Source of the DNA: Nitrospira sp.
GTDB taxonomy: Bacteria > Nitrospirota > Thermodesulfovibrionia > Thermodesulfovibrionales > SM23-35
Assembly: GCA_016873595.1 (NCBI GenBank)
Contig: VGWZ01000001.1
Span: 1-31,992 of the forward strand
DNA: 31,992 bases
Reading direction: 5' to 3'
A program made the position numbers and the translations under genes. Positions within the stretch are counted from its first letter, which is position 1. The number at the start of each line of letters is the position of its first letter. Below, piece by piece: positions 1 through 8,889 of the stretch. The notes beneath the pieces were generated by a model. That model was not told where the DNA came from and searched no databases. It saw only the letters and a program-made list of their open reading frames with translations.

Positions 1-367
1 TACCAGTAACATATTTTTCTGCATCACCAATCCTTATATTGACTACATTTCCAGGTCTGGTAATTTTATGCTTCCATTTTTTACCTGATTCGTCAGTAAC
101 AGATAATACCTCTATTGGAGTCTTTATAGTTTTGCCAAGGTCATCTCTATATCTGAAGGGAATCTCTCTGTAAATCCCGTGTCTTTGACGATGAAAATCA
201 ACATGTATGGCTTCATTAACAGTAAAAGACGAATCTTCATTAATGGTTATGTCAGAATGGAATTGAGTGATGGTAAAATCCTGTGCAAAGACAGGTAAGG
301 CAAAGAAAGTCAATATAAAGAATGTGATTATGATCACGTTGAAATCCTTGTACCAGAGCTTATACAT
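1..367 (-). CDS. DUF2207 (YciQ-like) predicted membrane protein, N-terminal part; runs off the left edge
   Basis: Not in the ORF track. Manual translation from ATG at 367: MYKLWYKDFNVIIITFFILTFFALPVFAQDFTITQFHSDITINEDSSFTVNEAIHVDFHRQRHGIYREIPFRYRDDLGKT...VVNIRIGDAEKYVTG. It has a signal peptide plus the 'I..F.SDITINEDSS..V.E.I...F....HGIYR.IP' and 'IRIGDA' motifs typical of DUF2207. Confidence 0.85.
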   Translation of the reverse strand, partial: MYKLWYKDFNVIIITFFILTFFALPVFAQDFTITQFHSDITINEDSSFTVNEAIHVDFHRQRHGIYREIPFRYRDDLGKTIKTPIEVLSVTDESGKKWKHKITRPGNVVNIRIGDAEKYVTG

Positions 368-645
368 ATAACTTCCATTTTGAAGTTTAGCAGATAAATC
401 TTAAAAAATCATTGAAAAACAATAAGAATACTAAAGATATGATCAAAAAGACACTAAGAAAAATATCTATATTCAATAATTATAATAATTTATATTTATA
501 AATCAAATACTTTATTATCAATTATTTTATCAAAAAATAATTGAATATTTTTAGGCATTATGCTATACATTGATTCCAAAAATGTTATTAAAATATAACA
601 TTAGTATTGCCTACATAATTTATCACTTACGCCACATGTTTTTAT

Positions 646-671
646 TGAACAACTCTACAAACTTACTCATC
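646..671 (+). promoter_or_regulatory. Candidate ECF promoter copy 1: TGAAC-N17-CATC
   Basis: tgaac(646-650) aactctacaaacttact catc(668-671), then ta-ATG(674). Same motif and spacing as 8234, 17137 and 18945. Confidence 0.65.
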
Positions 672-673
672 TA

Positions 674-1588
674 ATGATTTATATAGAAGAACAATTTAAA
701 GAACTTTTACATCAGTGTTTGGATGGTAAAGAATATGCACTGGAAGAATTTCAGAATACTTTTGGAGAGGATATTTATAATTTTCCCATGAAGGTACATA
801 GACTTGAAAAAGAAATGGCTGCTGAGTTTTACTGTTACTGTTTTGACAAAGGCAGAATTTTTAAGAGATTGAAGACATTTGAAGGAAGGTGTAACCTGAG
901 AACTTATCAGTACTTAGTATTGAGAGACCTTTTTACAGAATGGTTTAGAACTCTCGATTTCACTAAAAATTTTACAGCTTCATTAAATGATCCGATAGAT
1001 CATGATGATGAGACAGAAAAGGGTGTCTTTGTCAAATCAGATGAATCATCCCCGGAAGAAACTTTATTAACTATTCAATCTATGGAAAAATTCGAGACGA
1101 CACTCGGAAAGATTCCGCAGAATGAACGTATATATCTCAAGTTACTGTTGTTTGCAGAGATGGACTTTGAACCTGAAGATATAAGAACAATAGCAAAGAT
1201 ATCAAAAAGAAGCTTCAGGGATGTTTTATATTCTCTGGCTCAACTTGAACAGTCTCTCATACAGAAAAGCGAAAAATATGCACTTAATGAAGAAAATCTT
1301 TATAAAGTTAGCTCTAAAATATTTTTTCACCAAAACGAAATTAGCGGCATTACAGAGTCATCAAATAGAGAAAATAAGGAAATGATACAGAGAATCGAAG
1401 GAAAGATAAAAAAGAGGTTATTACAAAGAAAAAGATACATATCAAAAAAACTTGGTGGTCAAGCAACAGTTTCATACAGAGATATAGCTGGTATTTTAGG
1501 GGTATCTCTTGGAACTATTGCTGCTAACCTCAATAAAGCAAAAGACCTTTTCTTGAAAATGTATCAGGAAGCTGAAAATGAAAAGTAA
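674..1588 (+). CDS. ECF-type (sigma-70 family) RNA polymerase sigma factor with a long insertion in region 4
   Basis: Region-2-like LHQCLDGKEYALEEF...KTFEGRCNLRTYQYLVLRDLFTEWFR. Region 4.1 helix LGKIPQNERIYLKL (aa144-157). Region 4.2 HTH SYRDIAGILGVSLGTIAANLNKAKDLF (aa267-293). Overlaps a zinc-finger anti-sigma gene. No SD upstream. Confidence 0.85.
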   Translation: MIYIEEQFKELLHQCLDGKEYALEEFQNTFGEDIYNFPMKVHRLEKEMAAEFYCYCFDKGRIFKRLKTFEGRCNLRTYQYLVLRDLFTEWFRTLDFTKNFTASLNDPIDHDDETEKGVFVKSDESSPEETLLTIQSMEKFETTLGKIPQNERIYLKLLLFAEMDFEPEDIRTIAKISKRSFRDVLYSLAQLEQSLIQKSEKYALNEENLYKVSSKIFFHQNEISGITESSNRENKEMIQRIEGKIKKRLLQRKRYISKKLGGQATVSYRDIAGILGVSLGTIAANLNKAKDLFLKMYQEAENEK

Positions 1589-2267
1589 CGAAGAAGCATG
1601 TCTTAACAATGAAATCATAGCAGCATATTTAGATAATACACTGTCTCCAAAAGATATGACTGTTGTTGAGGAACATCTCATGTCTTGTGATAAATGTTTA
1701 AGAGAAGCCATTTCTCTAAATGAGATATTATTGAGAATGTCCGAAGGAGAAGCCATTCCTCTCCCTGAAAAGCTTAGAGAAAAAGTAATTTCAACAAATC
1801 GAACTTCAAAGAAAGTAAAATATTTATCTGAATTTGTTATCTCCCTCTCTGAAAAAGCTATATCTTTAATTAAAACCGCTTTTCTTCCAGAAGGTACAGA
1901 ACTCAAAGTATTTGGTAGTCAGTCACCCGCCTTAATTTATCGTGGGAAAGAACTATCAGGGGATGTCCTTAATATTAACCAGAAGATTAATGATATAGAT
2001 ATTAGGATTCAGTTTTATAATACCGAGGGACCAGCCGCCTCTCTAAGAGTCTTATTTCTAAAAGAAAATTTACCTCTCAGCAAAGAGAGGATTACTCTTT
2101 ATAAGAAAGATAGGCTATTGTCCTCAAAGGTAACCTCTAAAGAGGGAAACGTCATATTTCCTGATATAAATTACGGTTATTATCGAATCTCCATACCGGG
2201 TGAAGACATCGAGATGTCCTTTAAAATATTACCGGAAGAAAATAACAAGAGGAAAAATAATGAATAG
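1578..2267 (+). CDS. Zinc-finger (zf-HC2/ZAS) anti-sigma factor, soluble, with a C-terminal Ig/prealbumin-like beta domain
   Basis: N-terminal CLNNEIIAAYLDNTLS...VEEHLMSCDKC (HxxxCxxC). No hydrophobic TM segment. C-terminal ITLYK...VTSKEGNVIFPDINYGYYRISI resembles carboxypeptidase-regulatory-like repeats. Overlaps the sigma stop by 11 nt. Confidence 0.85.
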   Translation: MKSNEEACLNNEIIAAYLDNTLSPKDMTVVEEHLMSCDKCLREAISLNEILLRMSEGEAIPLPEKLREKVISTNRTSKKVKYLSEFVISLSEKAISLIKTAFLPEGTELKVFGSQSPALIYRGKELSGDVLNINQKINDIDIRIQFYNTEGPAASLRVLFLKENLPLSKERITLYKKDRLLSSKVTSKEGNVIFPDINYGYYRISIPGEDIEMSFKILPEENNKRKNNE

Positions 2268-4071
2268 CGACCCAAAATACTTAACCATTTTTCGCCAGGG
2301 GAATATTCATATAGTAGACATGTTTGAACAAAACACCCTTTTCCCTAAAAGGGAGATAACCATAGAAGACAGTTTTATTCAGGATATATGCAGGGATGTT
2401 CAACGTATTACCTTGCTGGCTAACAGACGTTACTTTGACAGCTCTGTCAAACAAGGCGACACATTGGTTTTGGAAGAGCTAAAAAAAGTTGGATCTGTTA
2501 TCTTTTCGCAATTACTCCCTGATGAAGTAAAGACTAATCTGAGAAATTCGAAATCCACCGCTCTCTTTCTAAAACTTGACGAACATCTTATCCACATACC
2601 ATGGGAATTGTGTTTTGACGGAAACGATTTCTTAACAACGAAATTTAGAACAGGCAGGCAGATACTGACTGCGCAAACTTTTCAGAAAAAAGGACAGAGG
2701 CCGCATATTAATCAGGATTCAAAGGTAAAGATGTTGATAATTGTTGATCCTTCCGAAACGCTCAAATATGCTCAAGAAGAAGCAGAGTCACTTTGTTCCA
2801 TCCTTGATAAATCAACTAATATTGACGTTGAGCTTATCGGAGGACAGCAGGCAACTAAAATGAATCTTATTTCTGAGTTAAACGGAAAGGATATTGTTCA
2901 CTTCATAGGCCATTCCTTCTTTGACGTCAGGCATCCAGAAAATAGTGGGTGGGTTTTAAAAAACAGTATTTTAACTCCTTCTGAAATAATTCGCATGGAT
3001 TTACCTCCCTTTATGGTGTTTTCTAATTCATGCCAGGCAACTGCTGCTAAAAATCATCTGATGGGGTATGTGTATGATGAGCAATCTTTTGGTGTAGGTG
3101 GAGGATTTCTCTTATCAGGAGTGCAGAATTTTATAGGACCTTTCTGGATAGTTCATGATGAAGATAGTGTGAGCTTCTCTTCAGATTTCTACAAAGCTTT
3201 TATGGCGGGATCAAGCCTCGGAGAGGCATTGCATATTGCAAAGGAAAATATTATCAGAGAAAAAGGCTGGGACAATCTCCTCTGGGCTTCTTATGTATTA
3301 TACGGTGATCCAACATTGAGAATAAAATCTAATAGGGACAAGGAGAAGGTTGAAGAAAAAATAATTCATAATGATGACTTGGAGTTTAAAACAGTAACTA
3401 CTCCCCAGAGTGATGTCAGCTCATTAAATTATGAATCTTTGGTATATAAAACTAAATCCTCTATCTTCAAACCGATTATAATAAGTTTAGCATTAATCAT
3501 ATTGCTTGGTTTAGGTATTTATATCTTTGCCCCGACTATAATCCATTCTTTTAGCGATTTCATTTCAAATAGGCTGGAAACAAAATGGTATCCCGTCTCT
3601 GGTTCCTGGGGATACAAAGATGGCAAATATACATTAATTACTGAATTCTGGGATGGAACTGCTGTTTCATATTTTGATCAGAAGGAGTTTAGTAATTTTC
3701 AACTCACGATGAATATATATAAAGGCGAAGAGGCATGGCCAGATGCTGCTTTTGGCGTGATAATAAGTTCAAATGTCAAAGGGGATGCATTGATTCTCTA
3801 TTTCAGAGATGGTGAAGCTGGTTGGGTCATTGAAAGAAATGGAGTAAGGGGGGAGATAATAGGAAAAGCATTATCAGATGTTCCAGCGAAAAGTAGACTA
3901 AAGCTTATAGGCGCTAAAGGTTCTTATCAAGCTTACCTGAACGGAATTAAATTGGCAGAGATAGAAAATAACCTCTTTACAAAGGGCAAAATCGGTGTAA
4001 TAATTGAGTCACGCTGGAGAATACCCCCCGGATTTAAAAATATTGAGGTTAAAAAACTGGAGGGTTTATGA
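2260..4071 (+). CDS. CHAT (caspase-like) protease - transmembrane helix - extracytoplasmic DUF1080/ConA-like beta-sandwich
   Basis: Catalytic motifs IVHFIGHS (His 2911-2913) and MVFSNSCQA (Cys 3031-3033). CHAT C-terminal features FIGPFWIVHD and WASYVLYGDP. TM IIISLALIILLGLGIYIFA (~3475-3531). C-domain WYPVSGSW...YQAYLNGIKLAEIENNLFTKGKIGVII. Start moved to ATG 2260 (RBS AGAGGA; overlaps the anti-sigma stop). Confidence 0.88.
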   Translation: MNSDPKYLTIFRQGNIHIVDMFEQNTLFPKREITIEDSFIQDICRDVQRITLLANRRYFDSSVKQGDTLVLEELKKVGSVIFSQLLPDEVKTNLRNSKSTALFLKLDEHLIHIPWELCFDGNDFLTTKFRTGRQILTAQTFQKKGQRPHINQDSKVKMLIIVDPSETLKYAQEEAESLCSILDKSTNIDVELIGGQQATKMNLISELNGKDIVHFIGHSFFDVRHPENSGWVLKNSILTPSEIIRMDLPPFMVFSNSCQATAAKNHLMGYVYDEQSFGVGGGFLLSGVQNFIGPFWIVHDEDSVSFSSDFYKAFMAGSSLGEALHIAKENIIREKGWDNLLWASYVLYGDPTLRIKSNRDKEKVEEKIIHNDDLEFKTVTTPQSDVSSLNYESLVYKTKSSIFKPIIISLALIILLGLGIYIFAPTIIHSFSDFISNRLETKWYPVSGSWGYKDGKYTLITEFWDGTAVSYFDQKEFSNFQLTMNIYKGEEAWPDAAFGVIISSNVKGDALILYFRDGEAGWVIERNGVRGEIIGKALSDVPAKSRLKLIGAKGSYQAYLNGIKLAEIENNLFTKGKIGVIIESRWRIPPGFKNIEVKKLEGL

Positions 4072-4904
4072 GAAGGATTTTAAAAGTAGTATCCCTCATT
4101 TTATTCATGACTTCTCTTTGCCCCTATTATTCGGATGCTTCAACTAAAAACACCATTGCGGTCGTAGATTTTACCAATAATGCAGGCTATAGCAGTCCCT
4201 CTCAGATTGAACGAGTAGCCAGTGATATATTCTCTGTACTTCTGGCTAATACGGGTAAATTCCGGGTTTTGGAGAGAAATAAGGTTGATTCAGTAATAAG
4301 GGAACTACGCTTCAACAAGACAGAATTGGTAGATCCAAAAAAAGCGGTAAAGATGGGAAAGCTTCTCGGAGCTCAATATATTGCAACCGGTTCCATAATG
4401 GAAATGGGTACAGATGTAAAAACCTTTTCAGGTTATGGAGTAACTACAAAGAACATTAATTACACGGTTGCAATCGAGATAAGGATCATTGATGCAGAAA
4501 GGGGAGAGATAATCTATGGAGAAATGACGTCAGATTCAACAACAGTGCGTCAGACACAGAATCTGTCTACAGATCAAGGAGAGGAAATATATAAAAAGCT
4601 GCTTAAGAATGCACTTTCAAAAAGCGTTGATAAACTCATGGATAGTTTTTCCGGACGGTCTCAACGGAAATCCCTGACCAGAGGCAATCAAAAAATTTAC
4701 ATTATGTCTACTCCTGAGGGTGCTGATATAGAGATTAATGGAGCATTTGTTGGGAATACTCCATATGAAGCAACATTATCAGAAGGAGTGCATAAAATAA
4801 AACTGTCCAAGTCCGGCTATTCAACATGGGAAAAGAATGTAAGGGTTTCAGACGGAATGCAGATAAAGGCAACGCTTATAAGTGAAGGGTTTCAGCAAAA
4901 ATGA
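4068..4904 (+). CDS. CsgG/HfaB-family (TolB_N-like fold) exported protein with a C-terminal PEGA domain
   Basis: Signal peptide; TIAVVDFTN, KFRVLERNKVDSVIREL, AVKMGKLLGAQYIATGSI, IRIIDAERGEI. PEGA motif STPEGADIEINGAFVGNTP...HKIKLSKSGY. ATGA overlap with the CHAT gene. Confidence 0.8.
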   Translation: MRRILKVVSLILFMTSLCPYYSDASTKNTIAVVDFTNNAGYSSPSQIERVASDIFSVLLANTGKFRVLERNKVDSVIRELRFNKTELVDPKKAVKMGKLLGAQYIATGSIMEMGTDVKTFSGYGVTTKNINYTVAIEIRIIDAERGEIIYGEMTSDSTTVRQTQNLSTDQGEEIYKKLLKNALSKSVDKLMDSFSGRSQRKSLTRGNQKIYIMSTPEGADIEINGAFVGNTPYEATLSEGVHKIKLSKSGYSTWEKNVRVSDGMQIKATLISEGFQQK

Positions 4905-4941
4905 TATTAATTCATAGAATAATGAACAAGGAGAAAAGGGC

Positions 4942-5784
4942 ATGGTTAAGGAATTTATTTTAATTTTTATCTTTGGGTTTATATGTCTTAATGTCGTCCC
5001 GATTTATAAACAGTCTTTAGAAGCAGGTGTGAGGAAAGAAAGAATAATGGTAGTTATTCCTGAAGTTCATTTACGGATGCCTAAAGTCCCTGACCCTGCC
5101 GGAGAAACGGAAATAGTACGTACTCTCATTGAAGCTGGATATAAGCTTGTTGACCAGCAACAGGTTAAAAAAGTCAGGTACAACGATGTATTTGACAAGG
5201 CATGGAAGGGAGATGACGAAGGCGCGCTTAAGATTGCAAGAAAGTATGATGCAGAAATACTGATAGTTGGGCAGGCGTTCAGTGAATTTGCCGGGGTAAC
5301 AAGAGTGCCTTCAATGCGGGGAATGCCAGGCGGCGATCTCATCTCTTGCCGCGCAAGGGTTGAGGCAAAGGCAATAAGGACAGATACAGGGCAGATAATT
5401 GCTACATACGGAGCACATGGATCTGCTGCTGATATAAGTGAAAACATAGCAGGTAAAGGAGCGCTTGCTGATGCAGGTAGACAGGTTGCAGATTACTTCG
5501 TAAAGATGTTTGAAACAGCGTCTCTATCGGTTTCAGGGGCTGGAATAGAAATGATAGTGGAAGGCATAAAGGGATTCTCAGCATTGAATACCCTGAAAAA
5601 GAAATTAACTTCCGTTCAAGGAGTTGATGATGTTGAGGTATTAAATTTTGAAGGAGGTATCGCTACCATAGATGTCTCCTTTAAGGGGAATGCCATGGAA
5701 TTTGCCTCTGCTATGGAAGATAGTGGGATAAAGCTGAAGATAAAAAAACTTGAGGCAACACGAATAAAAGCTGAATACAGGTAA
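4942..5784 (+). CDS. Exported FlgT-middle/CsgG-like fold protein with a C-terminal ferredoxin-like domain
   Basis: N-terminal hydrophobic segment; RIMVVIPE, LIEAGYKLVD, ALKIARKYDAEILIVG, ARVEAKAIRTDTGQIIA. C-terminal IEMIVEGIKGFSALNTLKKKL...VDDVEV. Confidence 0.6.
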   Translation: MVKEFILIFIFGFICLNVVPIYKQSLEAGVRKERIMVVIPEVHLRMPKVPDPAGETEIVRTLIEAGYKLVDQQQVKKVRYNDVFDKAWKGDDEGALKIARKYDAEILIVGQAFSEFAGVTRVPSMRGMPGGDLISCRARVEAKAIRTDTGQIIATYGAHGSAADISENIAGKGALADAGRQVADYFVKMFETASLSVSGAGIEMIVEGIKGFSALNTLKKKLTSVQGVDDVEVLNFEGGIATIDVSFKGNAMEFASAMEDSGIKLKIKKLEATRIKAEYR

Positions 5785-5793
5785 GGGGGAGAT

Positions 5794-6417
5794 ATGTGGT
5801 TATTTAGAACTTTTTTATTTTTTATCGTTCTTTTCTGTTCATTGTCTTTTGTATCAGCACAGCAGAATCTAAGAATAGCAGTGATGAACTTTGAAAATCA
5901 CTCTTCTTATGGTGGTAAAAAATACTCACAAAAAGCTGCTGATTTAATGATGAATGAGCTCACAAAGAGTGGAGTCTTCACTGTTGTTGAAAGAAAAAGG
6001 CTTGATGCATTGTTACAAGAACAGGACTTTCAAAGTTCAGGTAATGTAGATCCTCAGACAGCAGTCAAAATAGGGAAAATGCTTGGTGCTGATATAGTTG
6101 TCCTCGGTACTATTGATAAACTGGGAGTTGGGACTAAAAAAATAAGAGTCGGTGATTCCACAATTACAAGATATAGCGCATTTGCCAATGTCAATATCAG
6201 AGCAGTTAATGTCCAGACAGGTGCAATACTTTTTTCAGATTCAGATGAGGCTTCAGTTGATGCAAAAAGTGCAACTGTCCCTGGTTATGACATGGGTTCA
6301 AATACCCCGTCTGTGGATGGACCGCTCAAGACTACAATTCAAAGGCTGTCTAAGAGGTTTATAGAAACAATGAAAAGTCCTGATAACAGACAAAAAGGGA
6401 AACCGTCAGTCCTGTAA
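5794..6417 (+). CDS. CsgG/HfaB-family exported protein
   Basis: SPI-type signal (VSA-QQ); RIAVMNFEN, SGVFTVVERKRLDALLQEQDF, AVKIGKMLGADIVVLG, IRAVNVQTGAIL. Confidence 0.85.
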   Translation: MWLFRTFLFFIVLFCSLSFVSAQQNLRIAVMNFENHSSYGGKKYSQKAADLMMNELTKSGVFTVVERKRLDALLQEQDFQSSGNVDPQTAVKIGKMLGADIVVLGTIDKLGVGTKKIRVGDSTITRYSAFANVNIRAVNVQTGAILFSDSDEASVDAKSATVPGYDMGSNTPSVDGPLKTTIQRLSKRFIETMKSPDNRQKGKPSVL

Positions 6418-6428
6418 AGGAGGAAAAG

Positions 6429-7703
6429 ATGCTTTATTGTCCCAAATGCAATTTGACATATGAAGAAGGGAAAAAGTTTTGTAAGGAATGTGGAGGGAAG
6501 CTTGTTGTAAAAGAAGAAGCTGATTCGGTTTCAACCGAAAGTCATGAAAAACCTGAAGTAGCATTTGTTCATGAGACAAAAATCATAGATGAAAAGAAAA
6601 AATACTGTCCTTCATGTGGCATAGAATATACCTCTGATAAAAAGTTTTGTAAAACCTGTGGAGTTGTGCTTTCCAATACACCAAAAAAAGATTCTCAAAC
6701 AGAATCTGTAAAAAATGCAACCACTGCTTTTAAATTTACTCCAACCCCTCCAAAACCTTCATTTGAGACTGTATCTGACATCCCCTCAAGTTCAAAGGTT
6801 AAATCAATACTCCGGAAAAAGAAGAAGCTCCTGAAGAATGGTCAAAAAATGATGACCCTCATAGGTAATCTGGAAAAGCAAAAAGGTCTTATTTCAGAAG
6901 ATGCACTGGCTATCACCATGAGACCTTATCAGATGAAGCTTGAGGAAATAGAAAAGGAGATAAGCGGAATTAATGATTTTTTGAATGAACTTCAGAAAAA
7001 AGTCACTGTTGAGATAGATGGACTCGAAAAAGAAGTTCTCCCGTTTAAAAACCGCCTTTCTGAACTAAAGACTATACGAAAAGCAAAAGGACTTACATCC
7101 AGCGATTTTAACAGGTTTAAAAAAGAGCCAAAACAGGCATCAAAGAGACTCGACAGCAAGATAAAAAAGAGAAAGAAAATAATGCAACTATTACTTCCAT
7201 CTACTACCGGAAAGCTTGAAGGAGCTGGTGCATCTCTCTACATGAAAGTAGCTGCTGGGATTGTTATCCTTGCTGTTTTAGGGGTTAGCGGCTATTTTGG
7301 ATATAAATATTTTAATAAAAAAGATAAAGATGAAATTACATTTCCAGACAAAGGAACTCCACAAGCTTTGCCTGAAGAAGAAATTAGAAAGGTTTTTGAA
7401 ACCATTAAGAAGGCGAATTTATCTGAAGATATAAATCTTTTTATGTCTTGCTATTCACCGTCTTACCCAACTCATGAGGACAAAAAGAACCAAACAGTTA
7501 AAAACTGGCAAGATTATGATTTTGCTGACCTTTCTTTTACTGTAAGAGATCTCATTGTTAATCAAAACACTGCAGAGGTCACCGTTGATTGGCAGATTAA
7601 CGCTCGTTCTGCAAAAACAGGAGAGACACAGACATTTAACATTACAAATAATGTAGTCTTGCAAAAAGAGTCGGGACAGTGGAAAATCACTGCTTTGAAA
7701 TAA
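6429..7703 (+). CDS. Double zinc-ribbon + coiled-coil + single TM + NTF2/SnoaL-like extracytoplasmic domain protein
   Basis: CPKC..FCKECG and CPSC..FCKTCG; Lys/Glu-rich helical middle; TM VAAGIVILAVLGVSGYFGY. C-terminal EEIRKVFETIKKANLSEDINLFMSCYS...NNVVLQKESGQWKITAL. Confidence 0.75.
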   Translation: MLYCPKCNLTYEEGKKFCKECGGKLVVKEEADSVSTESHEKPEVAFVHETKIIDEKKKYCPSCGIEYTSDKKFCKTCGVVLSNTPKKDSQTESVKNATTAFKFTPTPPKPSFETVSDIPSSSKVKSILRKKKKLLKNGQKMMTLIGNLEKQKGLISEDALAITMRPYQMKLEEIEKEISGINDFLNELQKKVTVEIDGLEKEVLPFKNRLSELKTIRKAKGLTSSDFNRFKKEPKQASKRLDSKIKKRKKIMQLLLPSTTGKLEGAGASLYMKVAAGIVILAVLGVSGYFGYKYFNKKDKDEITFPDKGTPQALPEEEIRKVFETIKKANLSEDINLFMSCYSPSYPTHEDKKNQTVKNWQDYDFADLSFTVRDLIVNQNTAEVTVDWQINARSAKTGETQTFNITNNVVLQKESGQWKITALK

Positions 7704-7721
7704 CTTCAGGAGGGACTTGGA

Positions 7722-8219
7722 ATGAGCGATTTTTTAGATAAGGTTAAAGGTAAAGTTGACGAGGGAATCAGCAAAATAAGCTCAAAGTCGAAAGAAGCAA
7801 TTGAACTTGCGCAATTAAGAAATCAACTCAGGCACCTTGGAAAAGAGAAAGAGGAAAAGATTAACGCATTGGGAAGGTTAGCGTATGATATGCTCCGCAA
7901 AGATGAATACAATGAGCAGAGGCTTAAAGAGCTTTATCTTCATATAAACGAAGTTGATCGTCAGATAGTGAATGTTGAGGAAGAAATAAAAAAGGTTCAG
8001 GCGATGTCAGCATCTGAAGATATAGGTATTGTCGCGCGATGTGAGTGTGGAGCAGGTATTACCGCCAACCAGAAATTTTGTGCGTCTTGTGGAGGGGATG
8101 TGAAAGCAGTTACTATGCAGCCGTCGGCGCCTCAAGAGGTAATGAAGCGTTGTTCAACCTGTGGTGCAGAAATCAAAGAAACAGCAAAATTCTGTGGAAA
8201 ATGCGGAGCAAAACAGTAA
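7722..8219 (+). CDS. Soluble coiled-coil + double zinc-ribbon protein
   Basis: N-terminal FLDKVKGKVDEG...LGRLAYDM helical region; CECG..FCASCG and CSTCG..FCGKCG; RBS GGAGGG. Confidence 0.8.
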   Translation: MSDFLDKVKGKVDEGISKISSKSKEAIELAQLRNQLRHLGKEKEEKINALGRLAYDMLRKDEYNEQRLKELYLHINEVDRQIVNVEEEIKKVQAMSASEDIGIVARCECGAGITANQKFCASCGGDVKAVTMQPSAPQEVMKRCSTCGAEIKETAKFCGKCGAKQ

Positions 8220-8233
8220 GGTATGAAAATAGA

Positions 8234-8259
8234 TGAACGGAAATATAGATTTTGGCATC
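8234..8259 (+). promoter_or_regulatory. Candidate ECF promoter copy 2: TGAAC-N17-CATC
   Basis: tgaac(8234-8238) ggaaatatagattttgg catc(8256-8259), intergenic and upstream of RBS GGAGGT and ATG 8295. Confidence 0.7.
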
Positions 8260-8294
8260 AAATAGATGTATAAGTTTATTTATTGGAGGTGACT

Positions 8295-8861
8295 ATGTTT
8301 TGTCCAGAATGTGGTGCAAAGAATGAAGAAGGAGCAAGGTTTTGTGAAGGGTGTGGAAAAGAGTTAAAAGGAGTAAAAATAGTACAACCAGTTGGAGCGA
8401 GAGCCGCAGCGGCAGTTATGCCGATTACTACTATTAAGAGGCCTTTGCCAATTGTATTAATAGCTACGTATTTAGCAATTACTGGAATACTATTGGTAGC
8501 TATTTCATTTATTATTGAATTCACGATAATCGCTGTTCCGAAAAAAATAGAAGCAGCTATGGATTTTACAAGTTTTGTCAGTGAGACTGGATTATCTCTT
8601 TTTAAGATTGCCTTAATCACTGAGATATACTTTTTCTTTAGTTTGCTCTGTATTGCTTCAGCTTACGGGCTTTGGAATTTTACTTCTTGGGGTAGACTTC
8701 TCACAATAATTGTAGCTGCAATCGGATTTATTGAATCTCTGATTACTTTGTTCATAACCAATACTGGTGGCATTTTTATAGCGATTGTGACCATGCTTGC
8801 CTCTATTGCTATAGTTTTATACCTGATATTATCTGATGTTGGTCATAGATTTTCGGAATAA
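8295..8861 (+). CDS. Zinc-ribbon multi-pass (about 4 TM) membrane protein
   Basis: MFCPECGAKNEEGARFCEGCG followed by four hydrophobic segments; start set at the ATG after GGAGGT. Confidence 0.8.
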   Translation: MFCPECGAKNEEGARFCEGCGKELKGVKIVQPVGARAAAAVMPITTIKRPLPIVLIATYLAITGILLVAISFIIEFTIIAVPKKIEAAMDFTSFVSETGLSLFKIALITEIYFFFSLLCIASAYGLWNFTSWGRLLTIIVAAIGFIESLITLFITNTGGIFIAIVTMLASIAIVLYLILSDVGHRFSE

Positions 8862-8889
8862 CCGGCTTCTTTACAGAGGAGGATATATT

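Noticed and set aside
420-645. Sigma-70 promoter calls in the very AT-rich divergent intergenic region
   Set aside because: Several partial -35/-10 matches arise by chance at this AT content, and none is distinctive enough to report.
674-4071. CRISPR type III-E Craspase or other CRISPR-linked CHAT-sigma effector
   Set aside because: No cas genes, SAVED/CARF domain, N-terminal TPR array on the CHAT, or repeat-spacer array in the window. The CHAT is membrane-anchored.
4068-6417. A curli biogenesis operon
   Set aside because: No curlin repeats or CsgE/CsgF-like genes were recognised, and these CsgG-like proteins lack a clear lipobox.
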